A DNA stretch of 64,000 nt. Origin: Eledone cirrhosa (Eukaryota). Where the stretch lies: contig OZ024745.1 in assembly GCA_964016885.1 (NCBI GenBank), positions 127,782,001 to 127,846,000 on the forward strand. The letters are read 5' to 3'. This document shows positions 27,400-41,088 of the stretch, piece by piece. The notes below the pieces were generated by a model. It saw only the letters and a program-made list of their open reading frames with translations, had not been told where the DNA came from and did not search any database. Numbering within the stretch: position 1 is the stretch's first letter; each line of letters starts with the position of its first letter. The translations under genes and the position numbers were made by a program.

Positions 27400-28590
27400 T
27401 GGAATAAAATGGAATATATTAAACTGCAAGATTAATGACCTAAAAATTTAGCCAGAAAAATCAGGAAACTATTAACAGAGTATCGAGGACGCCACCCCAA
27501 ACCAGCTATATACAGTATATAACTACCTTGCACGCAAGGATGGTGTAGCTCAGACCAAATAGAAAACTATTGTGAAATAACAAGAACTAGACCGACAAAT
27601 CTCTTAGAAGCAAATGGATTGGATGGGGACTGATAAATGTTATAACGAAACATGAAAAAATCAAGTATCTTTTCCTTCGTTGAAACAATAAATTTAGACA
27701 ACACAGTAAAAAATGTTTAAGAGACTAAAGCAACATGAAAACGAAATTACTGATTAAGCAAACGGAGAAATTGAGAGAACCGTACTCCACGGCCAATGTC
27801 CTGCAAGGACGGGCAGGGGCGAAATAAGACAAAATGGAAGACAACAAAGGTTTATAAGATCTGGACTAAAAGTAGAAACGGAATAACTGAATTTCGTTCC
27901 ACAAGAACAATACTTGGCCAAAAATAATTGTAAGAACTAAATAATTAAAACGGCTCCAAACCCCGAATATGGAACATCTAGCCAACACACTATGACGATT
28001 CTCTAGTCCTTACAATGTCGGGATATATATTTAAGCATAATCTAGTTGATAACTATACGGCAATATGCTAATAGTTCGACGTGAAAATGTAGAATGTGTA
28101 GACAGCACAATATGACGATTGTCTACATCTTCTCCAGCTGTCCAGGCCTTGCAAGATCGGAGTATATATTCTAGCATGTTCTAGTTGATAACTATATCAA
28201 CAGTAATATGCTAATACTTCGCCGTAAGAATAGACAAGAAATGGAATAAATATGTACTAAACTTGGTACATAACAATTTGTTCGTTATTGTATAATATAT
28301 GCCCGTCCAAACTGGCAAAGATATAAAAACAAACTGTTATTACCAAGGCCTGAAACAAAACTAAAAGAAAAGTCCACAGACAAAATATTAGTCGAAATAT
28401 TAGTCGAAAGGAAATAGAAAACTGTCAAAATACAAAGATTTTGAAACTTAAATATCCAGGCTGTAGGGCATAACAGTAAACACAGAGTTAATAATAGTCA
28501 GAGCACAACACTTCCACACTTTCTTAGTTCATATCCTGCACAGGACATTATTAATTCAATAACACAGATCAAACAGAATATCATTCTTAC
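27400..28590 (+). mobile_element. Decayed R4/Dong-clade LINE, 3' half
   Basis: Fragmentary translations HPK, SGLKVETE..QEQ and CRMCRQHNMTIVYIFSSCPGLARSEYI (CCHC finger of REL-type LINEs). Many stops and frameshifts. Confidence 0.7.
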
Positions 28591-28674
28591 ACAAAACATA
28601 CAATCTATACAATACGCATCTAATGGAATAAAACAATATATATTTTATAAGAGTAATGTCCTATAAAATAACAC

Positions 28675-28892
28675 TTTCTGATATAGGTACAAGGCCGGCA
28701 ATTTTCGGAGAGGAAAAAGTCGATTAAATCGATCATAGTGGGTGATTGGTACCTTATTTTATCGACACCTTAATGATGAAAGGCAAATCCAATGTTGGCG
28801 GGATTTGAACTCAGAACGTGAAAGGCCACCATAGCTCTATGCCACGAAGCAGTGTGTCTGGCGCTCTACCAATCCTGCCAATTCACCGCCCA
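28675..28892 (-). mobile_element. SINE family A (diverged)
   Basis: Consensus match. Confidence 0.8.
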
Positions 28893-29327
28893 ATAAATTT
28901 AAATGCCCAACACAATAACACAACGCATATTATGCAACCATACACGACATAACAAACACTACAAATATGTAAAACATTAAAATATTTCTGCATCTAATAA
29001 CTGCATATACACATGTGCAGATACAAAGCATATACACATGCACATAGATAACTCAAATCACATACATCCACACATACAATAGCATTCATACCTGCACACA
29101 CACGCACGCATGCATACACGCATACATATCTACCTAGTTGATTTTGTTTAAATTCCAAAGAAAGAGTCTTGTGTCTGTGTTAGAAACCAACTCTCTCTCT
29201 CTATTGGTAAAAAATTATAAAATTATAAAACCAGAACATACATACATATATAGATACATACATACATATATACGTATGTGCGTACATATATATACACACA
29301 GACATACATACGTACATACATATACAT

Positions 29328-29591
29328 GATGGCTGCAGACTCTGTTAAGAGTATTGCAATCGTTTGTAACAGATCCTGAACAAGCAATGCTTGTGCTTTG
29401 AAGGTTTTTTAAGTGGTGAAAGGCCTTGCACTCGACCAATCCCACTCTCTGAGCATCGAATACACTATCCGAAAAGGAGAACTGGTCAACATCACCGGAT
29501 GCTTGCGAAGCCGCAGGTTTTTTTTCAGAGTTTCCCTCTCTTAGAATGGTGTTGTGACAACTGAGGGGGGGGGGGGGGGGCTTTCACTCCC
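29328..29591 (-). mobile_element. Short bipartite RTE-derived non-autonomous element
   Basis: RTE 5'UTR-like CTAAGAGAGGGAAACTCTGA joined to a 3' end with an ACTC..GAGT stem-loop and GCAGCCATC terminus, like 47664-48260. Confidence 0.55.
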
Positions 29592-29988
29592 ATACATACA
29601 TACATACATTCATGCCGTTTTATACAATCGATATATATGTCTAGTATATTTATATAGGCATGCAGATTCTTTTTTATTTTAATACCTAATCAATAACAAT
29701 ATTCATATAATTTTCTTCTAAAATATATAACTTTTTACATTACGTCTTATTTCCTAAAAAAAAAGACCAATCAGCCACAAGGATGAAATATTGATAACAG
29801 ACACGGCTGAAAGCATTTTTAAATATAAGTTAATCGTTGATTAGCGAGACGCGAAATATTTCTTAGAACGTTGCACTTTTTTAGACATCATGTTTAAATT
29901 TTGTTCAAAAACAATCTTTCGAAAGGACTGCAAATGTCATAATTGAGAGGATAAGGAGGTCAAGAGCACTATTAGTTCACCTGGGTCA

Positions 29989-30096
29989 AGGTGGTGTTTC
30001 GGCTGCACCCCGCGAACGAAATGGGAAAAGCATTTCTGCGGACAATAGCTTGCAACACACGCTGCAGCCGCCACCACACCTCACGGAGCTCCTTCC
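29989..30096 (-). mobile_element. CRE-clade-like LINE C-terminal fragment
   Basis: Translates KELREVWWRLQRVLQAIVRRNAF; homologous to 30940-31060. Confidence 0.55.
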
Positions 30097-30208
30097 TCAC
30101 ACGAGCTACTATCGATCCAATGTTACGGAGGAGGTCAGCTGTCCTCATTACTATAACAGTTTTATCAAAATCTTTTCGTCAAATAAAGTTGCGTGTTATA
30201 CTCTAGTG

Positions 30209-30552
30209 CAGGGGTGTGCAACAGGCGACCCGAGGGCCACAATCCGGCCAGCCACACCATTCAGAGTGGCCCGCGATGACGGTTTTTAATTTTTACCTTG
30301 TAGGCTTATTTAGAATTTTTTCGTAACCGTAATACAGTTTTCTGTTAGTTGACCTATACCAAATACCAAGTCTCACAGTAATAAAACTAAATTATATTTT
30401 ATTTGTTTTTATTGTTTAAAAATGTATTCACAATGTATTTATGACTCAATTCCCTGGCTTTCATCAGATTACATAATTTTGACAGTGACTGGACCTAATA
30501 GTTGTTCCAATGTTCAAAAGTGGCCGCCAATGGAATATGTTGCACACCCCTA
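30209..30552. mobile_element. hAT (Charlie-like) MITE
   Basis: TIR CAGGGGTGTGCAAC / GTTGCACACCCCTA with 8-bp TSD (C/G)TCTAGTG. Confidence 0.85.
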
Positions 30553-30759
30553 GTCTAGTGCATATATCCCTAAAATTATAGTATTTTTAGAACTATATTT
30601 CTAAATCTTGTATTTCCCGTTTCCTCCTGGGATTAAATGAGATTGTACGCTGTAAACATTTTCCTTTTGTTTTCGAATTGCTTATGAAGTTAAATAACTC
30701 TACCATTTAGTAATTTTTTGTTGTGTTATTTACATCATTTATTAAGTTTTCAGAATTAA

Positions 30760-31070
30760 TTATATAAATAATGAATAAAGGGGGAAGGGGTAAAGAAGGG
30801 CAGATCTGGCTGTATAGGAAAATAAAGAAAGGCATTATAAATGCCATTAATGGGAAGAAAAGGGGGTGGAGAGAGCAGGGAATGTTAGGGAACGGAAGAA
30901 AGAGAGGGGAAAGGAAGAGGGAGACAGGCTCTGCACCTAGGGTGGGGGTGGTGTTTCGGCAGCACCCCACGGACATAACTGCAAAGGAATTTCCGCAGAC
31001 AATGGCCAGCGACACCCTCTCCAACAGCCACCCCCACCTCGCGAAGCTCCTTCCCCAGACATGTTTCTGA
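30760..31070 (-). mobile_element. CRE-clade-like LINE 3' end (ORF tail plus pyrimidine-rich 3'UTR)
   Basis: ELREVG/WLLERVSLAIVCGNSFAVM resembles the QRxSxAxxRGNA motif at the end of CRE ORFs. Confidence 0.6.
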
Positions 31071-31204
31071 CATATTAAATATTCTTATATAGATTATGAT
31101 AAAGGTATTTCCATATTAAAATTAAAACAGATCACACTAGATACTATCTAACACCTGCCCACCTTTTTTCTATTGTTTTTTCTCTCTATGGTATGTATGG
31201 TCCT

Positions 31205-31615
31205 ATAACTCCTTGTGAAGTCATAGGGGTGTCGAGGGGTGCCGTAGTGACATACGGTCTTTCTTGGGAACTTTTAAGCCTGGCGGTGCCCTTCCCTCTC
31301 CAGGTCTGAAGACAGCAGATTTCTTTAAGAGAAGGGTATAAAGTGAGAGAGAGAAAGGGAGAAATGGGTATAGAGGAAGAACAAACCCAATACTAGACTG
31401 GTACTTTTCGTCCAGAGAAGAAGAAGGAGGAAGTGAGAAAGAAATATAGAGGAAAAAACGCCCCCAGTGCTTTACTGATACATTTTCTTATCGACCTGAA
31501 AAGGATGAAAGGCAAAGTTGACCTCGGTGGGATTAGAACTCAGAGAGTAGAGAGCTGGAACAAATATTACAAAACATTCTATCCGACGTTCTAACGACGC
31601 TGCCAATTCACCGAC
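31205..31615 (-). mobile_element. Older SINE A subfamily with a different long 3' tail (second copy 32565-32897)
   Basis: Family A head and body joined to a shared ~130-bp tail in both copies. Confidence 0.6.
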
Positions 31616-31706
31616 AGGTTCTTTTCTATTTTTTGTTTTTGTTTTTGTTTACATAGAATTATTCTGACTCATTTTAGAATTATTTTGAAACATTTTAGAA
31701 ATGGAA

Positions 31707-31740
<34 letters not shown>

Positions 31741-32994
31741 CAGAAAACAAAACAAAACAAAACAAAAAAACATGTTAAGAAACAAATCTCGTGAGGACAA
31801 GAAAGAGACGTTGAAGATTATTAAGTCTCAGCATTACCAAGCATATATAAAAATTACACTAAGACATCTAATTTTAATTTCTTTTACCACTGAAAGTTTT
31901 TTGCGTTTCCAAACAAATGGAAAAATTAAGAAAATATATATTTTTAAAATGATTCTATTTGAAATGTTGTATCTGTTCAAAATAGGATTAGAATCACTAT
32001 TTTTGAACAATATAATTTTATCTCAATACAACTCGAGTTTATTGCTAAATACGAAAAAGCTGACAACGGGAAATAATAATAACATTGCTTGCAACTTTAA
32101 CAGATATTGCAAGTATTTGCTGAATCTAGCATCTAATTGAGAATATAAAAGAAAATCTGTGCCAAATTAAAGAAAACATCTATTAATTAAATGTTGTGTT
32201 AAACAGTGCATTTAATGTACAAAACATAAGAAATGTTATTAATACAATAACTATGTATGTTATAACACAACAGTGTAATGTAGGCATAGAAGACCTTTTT
32301 TCGAGCAGTGGGCCGCATATGTGGCTCTTCATGTGGGCCGCATTATTGAAAAATTCAAGGCAATTTTGAAATTAGGAATGCCATTCAGATAGACAAACGG
32401 GCCGCAGGTGGCTCGTGGGCTGCACCTGGCCCATAACTGGTGTTAAGGAAAGGTAAGATAAAATAAAAGAAATTAATCAAAATCTTTGAAATTGTTCTTA
32501 TGCTATAAAGCACACCAATATCTACCAGTTATATATAAAAGGGACAAGAGAAGTTTTTTTTTTTTATCCGTAACTCCCGAGAGAGTCGTAGGGGTGCCAT
32601 ATTGACATACGGTGTTTCTAGGGGACTTTAAAACATGGCAGAGTCTATCTCCTCTCCAGACCTGAATACAGTAGATTTCTGCCAGTGAAGGAAAGAGAGA
32701 GTGAGAGAAAAGAAGTGAGAAAGATATATAGAGGAAGAATCTATCCCCGTACTTGACTGGTACTTGTTTTATCGACCATGAATGGAGGAAAGGCAAAGTT
32801 GACCTCGGTGGGATTTGAACTCAGAAAGCAGAGAGCCAAAATGAATACTACAAAGCATTCTATCCGACGTTCTAACGACTCTGCCAATTCTCCGCCTAAC
32901 AATAGGAGTAACTACCCCTAAATCTAGACACAAAACAAATAGGATTAATCTTTAAACCTTGTAGATTACATAGAAAAGCAGTTCCAGACATAAT

Positions 32995-33447
32995 AATGGT
33001 TTCGTATATAGGTACAAGGCCAGCAATTTTGGGGGAAGGGAAAGTCGATTAAATCGACCCCGGTGTGTGACTGGTACTTTATTTTATTACCCCGTAAGGA
33101 TGAAAGGCAAAGTTAACCTCGCAGGGATTTGAACTCAGAATGTAAAGGGCCATACATCTATGCCCCGAAGCATATTGTCCCACGATCTATCGATTCTGTT
33201 AATCCACCGCCGTAGTTCCAGACATAATAATAATTTCTAGTATAGGCACATGGCCAGTAATTTGGGGGTAGGGAAAAGTCGATTAAATCGACCCAGTACG
33301 GCACTGGTGCTTTATTTTATTAACCCCGTAAGGATGAAAGGCAAAGTTAACCTCAGTGGGATTTGAACTCAGATCGTAAAGCGGCTTAACTCTATGCTGC
33401 AAAGCATGACGTTCGACCCTCTACCGATACTGCCAATCCACTGCCCT
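32995..33447 (-). mobile_element. Two stacked SINE family A copies
   Basis: AGTTCCAGACATAATAAT occurs three times, at each junction. Confidence 0.9.
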
Positions 33448-33779
33448 TAGTTCCAGACATAATAATAACGCGAATAACTCATAAGGCACTTAATTACATG
33501 TTTTAGGTATGAAATAAAGTTTGGCGCAGAAAAAACTCCAGAAAACATCAGAAGTGAAAATGTAACGCAAAAAACAATATAAATCCAAAATTATGCAAGA
33601 AAAAAATGTTTGAAAAAACAACCAGTTGTGATTAAAAACACTTTTATCTTGAGAATAGGCAAAACTGATTTTGACGGGCGAACTACCCATCCATGGCAGG
33701 CCAGTAGGATATAGAAGAAAAGAAAAAAGGATATATCATTTTATCATAAGATAAAATACTTTACAGTAACGTTACTCGA

Positions 33780-34088
33780 TAGAGTGCGTAGCTCAGATAA
33801 CAGAGAATCTTTCCCTCGATAATGTGGGTATATGGTTAGAATGTCTCAGGAAATAATCGTTGGATAGATTGCACGGACAAAACCAACCGGCAGGGGATCC
33901 AAGATTAGGACCCGAGCAGGACGGTAGAATAACATCCATGCGCTTGGCTAGTCTCACTTGGAGATCCAGCCGAATCAGTTAGAAAACGGTTGCCTCTGAC
34001 AGGACCCGCTGGAAGGAGCGTTTAAGAACTCTGTCCCTATGATCTTCTCAGGAATAGGTGGGTGAAGAAGAAGAAGAAGAAGAAGAAA
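33780..34088 (+). mobile_element. RTE (Expander/Rex3-like) LINE 3' end with (GAA)n tail; shorter copy at 50255-50331 (-)
   Basis: Residual HLEIQPNQLE..ASDRTRWKERLRTL followed by GGTGGGT(GAA)n. Confidence 0.6.
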
Positions 34089-34104
34089 TATCACGATAAA
34101 GATA

Positions 34105-34292
34105 TAATTGTTTCTACTTTTGGCACAAGGCCAGCAATTACCCAATGCATTACTGGTACTTTATTCTATCGACCCCGGAAGGATGAAAGGCAAAGTTAAC
34201 CTCGGTGGGATTTGAACTCAGATCATACAGGGAGGTAACTCTATGCTTCAAAGCATGGCATCCGATCCTCTACCGATACTGCCAATCCACCG
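34105..34292 (-). mobile_element. SINE family A with TSD
   Basis: CGATAAAGATATAAT on both flanks. Confidence 0.9.
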
Positions 34293-34699
34293 ATAAAGAT
34301 ATAATGACAAGAATATAAAAAAGTCACAAATAAGTGACTTAAGTTTCTTCGTTTGTCGATGTTATTCGACGGAAATATGTGATCGGCTCAGACAATTGAT
34401 CACATATATATATATATCAAGTCCCACCTGATCACCAGATATAGTTTTACTTATGCAAGTAGATTGAATGAAGTTGATCTCAGGATATTATAGAATATGG
34501 ATCGTGAAGCTGTTTGAGAAATATTGGTCATATTTCGTAGTAAGACAATAAAGAATAATGTATTTAAAAACTAAAAAGACACATTTATTTATACGTAGGC
34601 CCAATGCACAGAGGAAATATATCTACCAAAGAAGTTTATAAGATTATTTTTTTTCAGATTTAGATGAAGTAAAGATACTTTTAAGTACAAGAATGCAAC

Positions 34700-35720
34700 G
34701 CCACCAACACCAACAACGCCATCGCCACCACCATCACCACCACCGCCACCAAGACCATCTCCAACACCACCAGTACCACCACCACCAACACCAACACCAA
34801 CACCATCACCACCACCACCACCACCAACACCAACACCATCACCATCACCATCATCACACCATCCGCACCATCACCACCAACACCACCAGCGCCAGCACCA
34901 GCAACAGCAGCAGCACCACAACCACCACCATCAACACCAACACCAACACCAACACCATCACCATCACCATCACCATCACCATCACCACCACCAATACCAA
35001 CACCAACGCCATCACCATCATCACCACCACCACCACCACCACCGACACCAACACCACTACCATTACTAACACCACCACAACCATCACCAACACGACGACC
35101 ACCACCATCACCAACACCACCACCAACACCAACACCACCACCACCATCACCAACACCACCACTACCATCAACACCACCACCATCACCAACACCACCACCA
35201 AAACCATCACCACCACCACCAACACCACCAACACCACCAACAACAAAACCACCAACACCACCATCACCATCACCATCACCACCACCACCACCACCACCAC
35301 CATCACCACCAACACCAACACCACCAACACCAACACCAACACCATCACCACTATCATCACCATCCCCGCCACCAGCACAACCACAACCACCACCACCACC
35401 ACCACCGCCACCAACACCACCACCATCACCAATACCACCACCAACACCAACACCATCACCACCAGCACCACCAGCCCCAGAACCACCACCACCACCACCA
35501 CCACCACCACCACCACCAACGCTAACACCAACACCTTCATCACCACCATCAGCACCACCACTACCAACACCACCAGCACCTGCACCACCCCCAACACCAC
35601 CATCACCATTACCACCATCACCACCACCAGCACCACCAACACCGACACCAACACCACCACAACACCAGCACCATCCCCACCATCAGCACAACCACCATCA
35701 TCACCAACACCACCACCACC
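34700..35720. repeat. (ACC/CAC)n-rich degenerate trinucleotide repeat
   Basis: Seen directly. Confidence 0.9.
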
Positions 35721-36787
35721 ATGTAAAATTGGGAGATATTGAAAGAAAAAAAGCTGTATTATCAGGCAACACTGCTCTACATTTCTTTATTGAATCCAAC
35801 GAGGGCGACTCTACGTAGTAGCTCTCTTAGAAATAGTGTCCAAATGTTCCTTAAATCCCATCCTAACACATTAAATAAGAACATCAATAACCATCAAGTC
35901 ATTTTGAAAACAACTAGACACATGTATTCCGGTACAAGCTGTTATATGGTTGGGTTGCCAGTGACTAAACCGGCACCCCACTAAGATTTTTGGGTGGTGT
36001 GGATTGTTAGAAACCGAACAGGGCAAAAACAAAATCAGCCGAAAGGACGCATGAACACAGCATGTAGTCAGCGAACATCAAGCAATAGTACGAAGGACAA
36101 AGAAATACTCGATATTGTGAACGAGCGAGCTGTGAAGCACTTTACGGGTGATGTACTCCTAAAAATCTTAACATGACAGTAATTGGTTCGATGTGTCACA
36201 TAGTTGTTACATTTCTTATTTCGTATGTTCTACATCGTGTCTGCGATATACTTAGACCTATATTTAGTATTACTAACAACCTTCAGCAACGGGTATGCAA
36301 CATGTGATGTTGTCAGCGGCGTTAAGCAATATCAACATTAATCCGTTTTGGTTTTGCATTCCTACCCTCTCTAGCATGCGTGCATTCGTGTCAGGCTTAT
36401 AACACACTGTGCACCAGTTCAGGTTATACAATTAGGAGAGGCTGGAGTAGATAGGTACAATAATACTCCACTGAAAACTAATTCTTTATACATGTTATTC
36501 AATAGGCAAGATTTACTATTTTATATCATTATTCTTTAGCTACTGAGCAAACTTACACCGGAATTCATGTGAAACTCCATCATCTTTACATGGCATTAAA
36601 TAAACTTGATGGTCATGACTAGAATAATTTCAGAGTTAATCAACACATTCAACATTGAATGTGGTTGAAAGAAACTGCACTGAAAGCCTATCGTATATAC
36701 GGGCAACACTTATCTATTATATACTCTCTCTCACTCTCTCTCTCTCTTTTCTCTCTCTTTTCTCTCACTCTCTCTCATTCTTTCACA

Positions 36788-36856
<69 letters not shown>

Positions 36857-37066
36857 AAAGGGTGAGGTTATTGTTTCAAAAGCTAGTTCAAGAGTCTGTT
36901 ATTTGCTGTTGAAGCGGCAAGAGCTCAGCCGTGACGTCTCGACTCTTTATAATATAACCATACTCCAATACCCCAAGAATCGAGTACTATGTTGAGTAAT
37001 GATCTAACCAGTTTCAAAATGCTTTCATCCTGAATTATATATATATATAAACATATATATATATAC

Positions 37067-37580
37067 AAATTAGAATTGGTGCTCTGAAATAGTGATGCAT
37101 ACATGAATGTATATATAGTATATTTGGCAATATACTGTATGCTTAATTTAAAACATTTTGAAGACCTTGCGCTATTATTTTAAAGTAGTGACTATGTCAC
37201 TTAATTCTTTTTTCAACAGACAAAGGGAGATAAGCTGACAGATCTCTGTTTCATACCATTGGTAATCATCAGAGCTTAGCACTCGCCTTCGTCTGTTGAA
37301 AATTATAAATGTTCAATTCTTATAGAATTCCAGTAATAATCAGGAACTGATTATACAGAGCGATTCTAGCAAAAATTGAAAATTAGAATTGGTGCTCTGA
37401 AATAGCGATGTATACATGAATGTATATATAGTATATTTTGCAATACACTGTATGTTTAATTAAAAACATTTTGAAGAGCTTGCGCTATTATTTTAAAGTA
37501 GTGACTATGTCACTTACTTCTTTTTTCAACAAACAAAGGGAGATAAGCTGACAGATCTCTGTTTCATACTGTTGGTAATG
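37067..37580 (-). mobile_element. Retrozyme-like tandem repeat, 313-bp unit, ~1.6 copies
   Basis: Direct repeat with 313-bp period (37067/37380; 37231/37544) containing a hammerhead, abutting (TA)n. Confidence 0.75.
37212..37300 (-). ncRNA. Type I hammerhead ribozyme with extended stem I
   Basis: TAAGCT-CTGATGA-T TACC AAT GGTA T-GAAACAG AGAT CT-GTC-AGCTTA. Stem I continues as TTCAACAGACGAAGG/CCTTTGTCTGTTGAA. Confidence 0.85.
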
Positions 37581-39452
37581 TTTTTAATCACTTCAATTTA
37601 TTATAAATTGGTTCCATAACCGAATGGTTGTTTATATATTGTCAAAGATCTTTCGTCACACATTCTGTGAGCTCCTCAGCGAGTGGCTTTTTATTTTGAG
37701 TCTCTCCTTTGTTCTGTCCTACACCAATTTGTTTTTGTGTGTTGTGTGCTGTGTGAGTGCCTCTGCCTCTGTGTGTAAACCGGTTTATTATGATGCGACA
37801 AATTGTGTCCCTTTACCTCAAGTTTAACTTAGACTATCGATAAATACTGAATGACAAAATAGGTACCATATTAAAATGATTACTGCGGGCAATATGAAGG
37901 TTTAAAATATTTATATATTGAATCAAGTTTGAACTATAAGAGAATAATTGCGTAAAGCATCTTCCAGTCATAACGTCCATTAGCATAGCCCCACCCACCA
38001 CCACAACAACAACAATAACAACAACGAGTTGTTGTTGTTTACATTAAGCAATTATGATTATTATTACCATTATTATCGCTGGTATTTTTGTCTTCTTACT
38101 CATTGTTGTCATCACCATCATTATTGTAATTATTGTGAAAGTGCTTGTTTCTTGTTGTAATCTTTGTTCCCCATATTGTTGTTGTTATTGTTGTTGTTAT
38201 TGTTGTTGTATATGACAGTTATTGTCACGCATAATTGCTATCTGCCTTTTGTTTCCAGTATTCGTTATCATTTTGTTGCCACTTTTCTTATTGTTATTGC
38301 TGTTGTCCAGGTATTGTTTGTTGTTGTTGTTTTTGTTGTTGTTGTTGTTGTGGTTGTTGTTGTTGTTAGTACGGATGTTATTGTTGAAACACCATAATTC
38401 ATTTCTTTTTCTTTTTTTTATTCCACATCATGTTGTTCCACTTGTTCTTATTCCTCCTCCTACTTTTCTTCTTTGTCTTCATCTTTGCTTTTCTCCACCC
38501 TCTTTTGACTCGTCGGTGCCCCCGCCTCTTTTCTCCATCGTCCCTTTCTCACATCAGCTCCCAAAACATCCACATCTTTATTTTCCTTTTTCTTTCTTCT
38601 CCCACAATTTCGTTTTCTCCAATCCTTCCTTTTCACCCCTTTACTTCATCCGCCTACTCCTTCTTACTCTCATATGTCACTAATTATTTTCTTTAATGTC
38701 AATCAGTGCAACCTTCGATATTAGGCAACAGGTTTAGTACCTCTTATCAGGATTGCTATTATTTTATCTATCCTCAACAAAATTGTAAGCAAAGTTGGCG
38801 ATGTTTAAACTTAGAACTTTGGAATACTGAATTAAATTGTTGTAAGATAATTATTATGCTGGAATACTACTTGAAATAATAATTTCTTACTTATGTAAAA
38901 TGAACATTTGATTGAATCGATGCTAGTACTTGAGTGTCATTTCTTTTATGGACCACGGAATGAAGAACTAGTAAAGTTAAACCTGACGAGATTTGAACTC
39001 GGAACATAAAGGAATGTAATTTCCTCATTTACTTGAGTATAATCCGTTCTTGAATTCAAAGTGTTCCATATCACTTCTAGCTGTTTAAAACCACCACCTG
39101 CATTTTCTGTACCATTTGTAGAATCTATTCTACTGTAAACATTCGGGCTAAGTTTTAAATTTCCCTTCCTCCCACCAGTAATTCAGGCCCGGAAAAAGGG
39201 TCATGCATTGCCTATTCCCTTGGCTAACTGACAGAAACAAAAATCACTGATATATTTTTCTTCTTCGATCACAGAATGCTAAAACGTATACTTAAAAAAA
39301 AAAATGAACCCAGTGTAATATTGTTACAAAGTTTAAAACACTTCACCTCGATGCTACATCTTCCCCGCTCACAGAACTGGAAAATTTCCCGTCCTGCTGC
39401 CAGTTTCAGTAGGCTGCCATAACATCGGTGAACAACTCCATTTATATTTCAG

Positions 39453-39614
39453 TTGTTGTCATCATCATTTTCTTCGCTTGAGATTGGCAATAGCGTCTCC
39501 ATCACTTTTCTAAACCTTGCTGTTTACAAAACTAATAATTCCCTAGAGAGACAAACATTTGACATCAATGACAACATTTATGAGCAAAAATTTAGCGTTC
39601 AAAGAATTCAAAAG
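39453..39614 (+). CDS. Candidate 162-bp phase-0 internal exon of an unidentified gene
   Basis: tttatatttcag acceptor, AAG|gtaagt donor and a single open frame LLSSSFSSLEIG...FSVQRIQK. Confidence 0.45.
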
Positions 39615-39654
39615 GTAAGTATGATGATGAAGGTGATGATGATGATGATGATAA

Positions 39655-40190
39655 TAATTGTTTCTACTTTTGGCACAAGGCCAGCAATCAGCCAGTGCAT
39701 TACTGGTACTTTATTTTATCGACCCCGTAAGGATGAAAGGCAAAGTTAACCTCAGCGGGATTTGAACTGCGAACGTAAAGGGCCGTAACTATATACCTCA
39801 ATGCATGTTGTCCGACATTCTACTGATACTGCCAATCTACCAATAATAATAATAATAATTGTTTCTACTTTTGGCACAAGGCCAACAATTACCCAGTGCA
39901 TTACTGGTACTTTATTTTATCGTACGATAAAATAAAGTACCAGTAATGCACTGAGTATTTGAAATAATAATTGTTTCTATTTTTGGCACAAGGCCAGCAA
40001 TTACCAAGTGTACTGTTACTGTTACTGGTACTTTATTTTATCGACCCCGTCATAATAATAATAATGGCTTCTTCTTTAGACACACGACTAACAATTTTGA
40101 GTAGGGTAAAGTAGAATAAACCAACCCCACTACATTACTGGTACTTTATTTTATCGACCCCGTAAGGATGAAAGGCAAAGCTAACCAAAG
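39655..40190 (-). mobile_element. Cluster of four full or truncated SINE A copies, one folded back
   Basis: Repeated consensus segments; palindrome centred at ~39923. Confidence 0.85.
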
Positions 40191-40309
40191 CTTAATAATA
40201 CAAAATGATATTATAGGCGCAAGACTGGTAGATGAGTGCACTATTGAAATTTGTAAAGAACTGGAAATGATACGTTTTTCGTAGATATTCAAATATATCT
40301 AGATAAGTA

Positions 40310-40600
40310 GATAGGAACACCTGCACCAATATTGTTATAAAAGACAGATTCTATACAACTATCGATGTGGCTTGTTCTATAGACAATAACTCAGTAAAAA
40401 AAACTTGAAAAACGCCCCAAACAAATAAATATAAAGATTCGGAAATATTAATATTGTTGATGTAAGATATGGAGACAAGACAGAGCCTGTAATTATAGGA
40501 TCTTTGGTAACACAGGAATGTGATACAAAGCAGAAAATCGAAATACTGTTTGTCAATCCTTACAAGTAGTAAGATCAAAGGTTAGTAGAGTTATACTGGG
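40310..40600 (+). mobile_element. Decayed R4-type REL endonuclease fragment
   Basis: IVIKD..TIDVACSIDNN..K...KYKD pattern. Confidence 0.4.
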
Positions 40601-40899
40601 AGATGTATTATCAATAAGACAATAAATAAAAAAATATATACCACTACAATGTCTCTATACTTCAACATTACAAAAGATTCTCGGTCAAATACGCTAAAAG
40701 TAAAAAGAAGTATGCGATTCTATTGATGACGACGATGATGATGATGATATTAAAGTAATAATAATAATTATTTTCCACAAAACAGCACAAATACAATACA
40801 TGAACAACATACGCCAAGGAAAACATTTTGTAACGTACATAAAGCAATCATAATGAAAATAATGAAAAATAAAATAAAATATAAAACCACAAACCAGAG

Positions 40900-41088
40900 T
40901 ATATTCGTATAATAATATAAACGACGAAGCTAAATATTTCGTTAGAAAATTAAAAATCAATACGAGGGTGGAACGCCTAGCCATACGGGAAGGCTACATC
41001 ACACTAAAGGACAACAAGGCTATCCTCGAAACCAGACACAACTGAAAACCCCATCGGAACTGAGTTATGACTAGACAGTAAGGAAGTA

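Noticed and set aside
34658-35742. His/Thr-rich 349-aa ORF with an in-frame upstream acceptor
   Set aside because: It is almost wholly (ACC)n repeat and open on both strands. The acceptor alone is insufficient.
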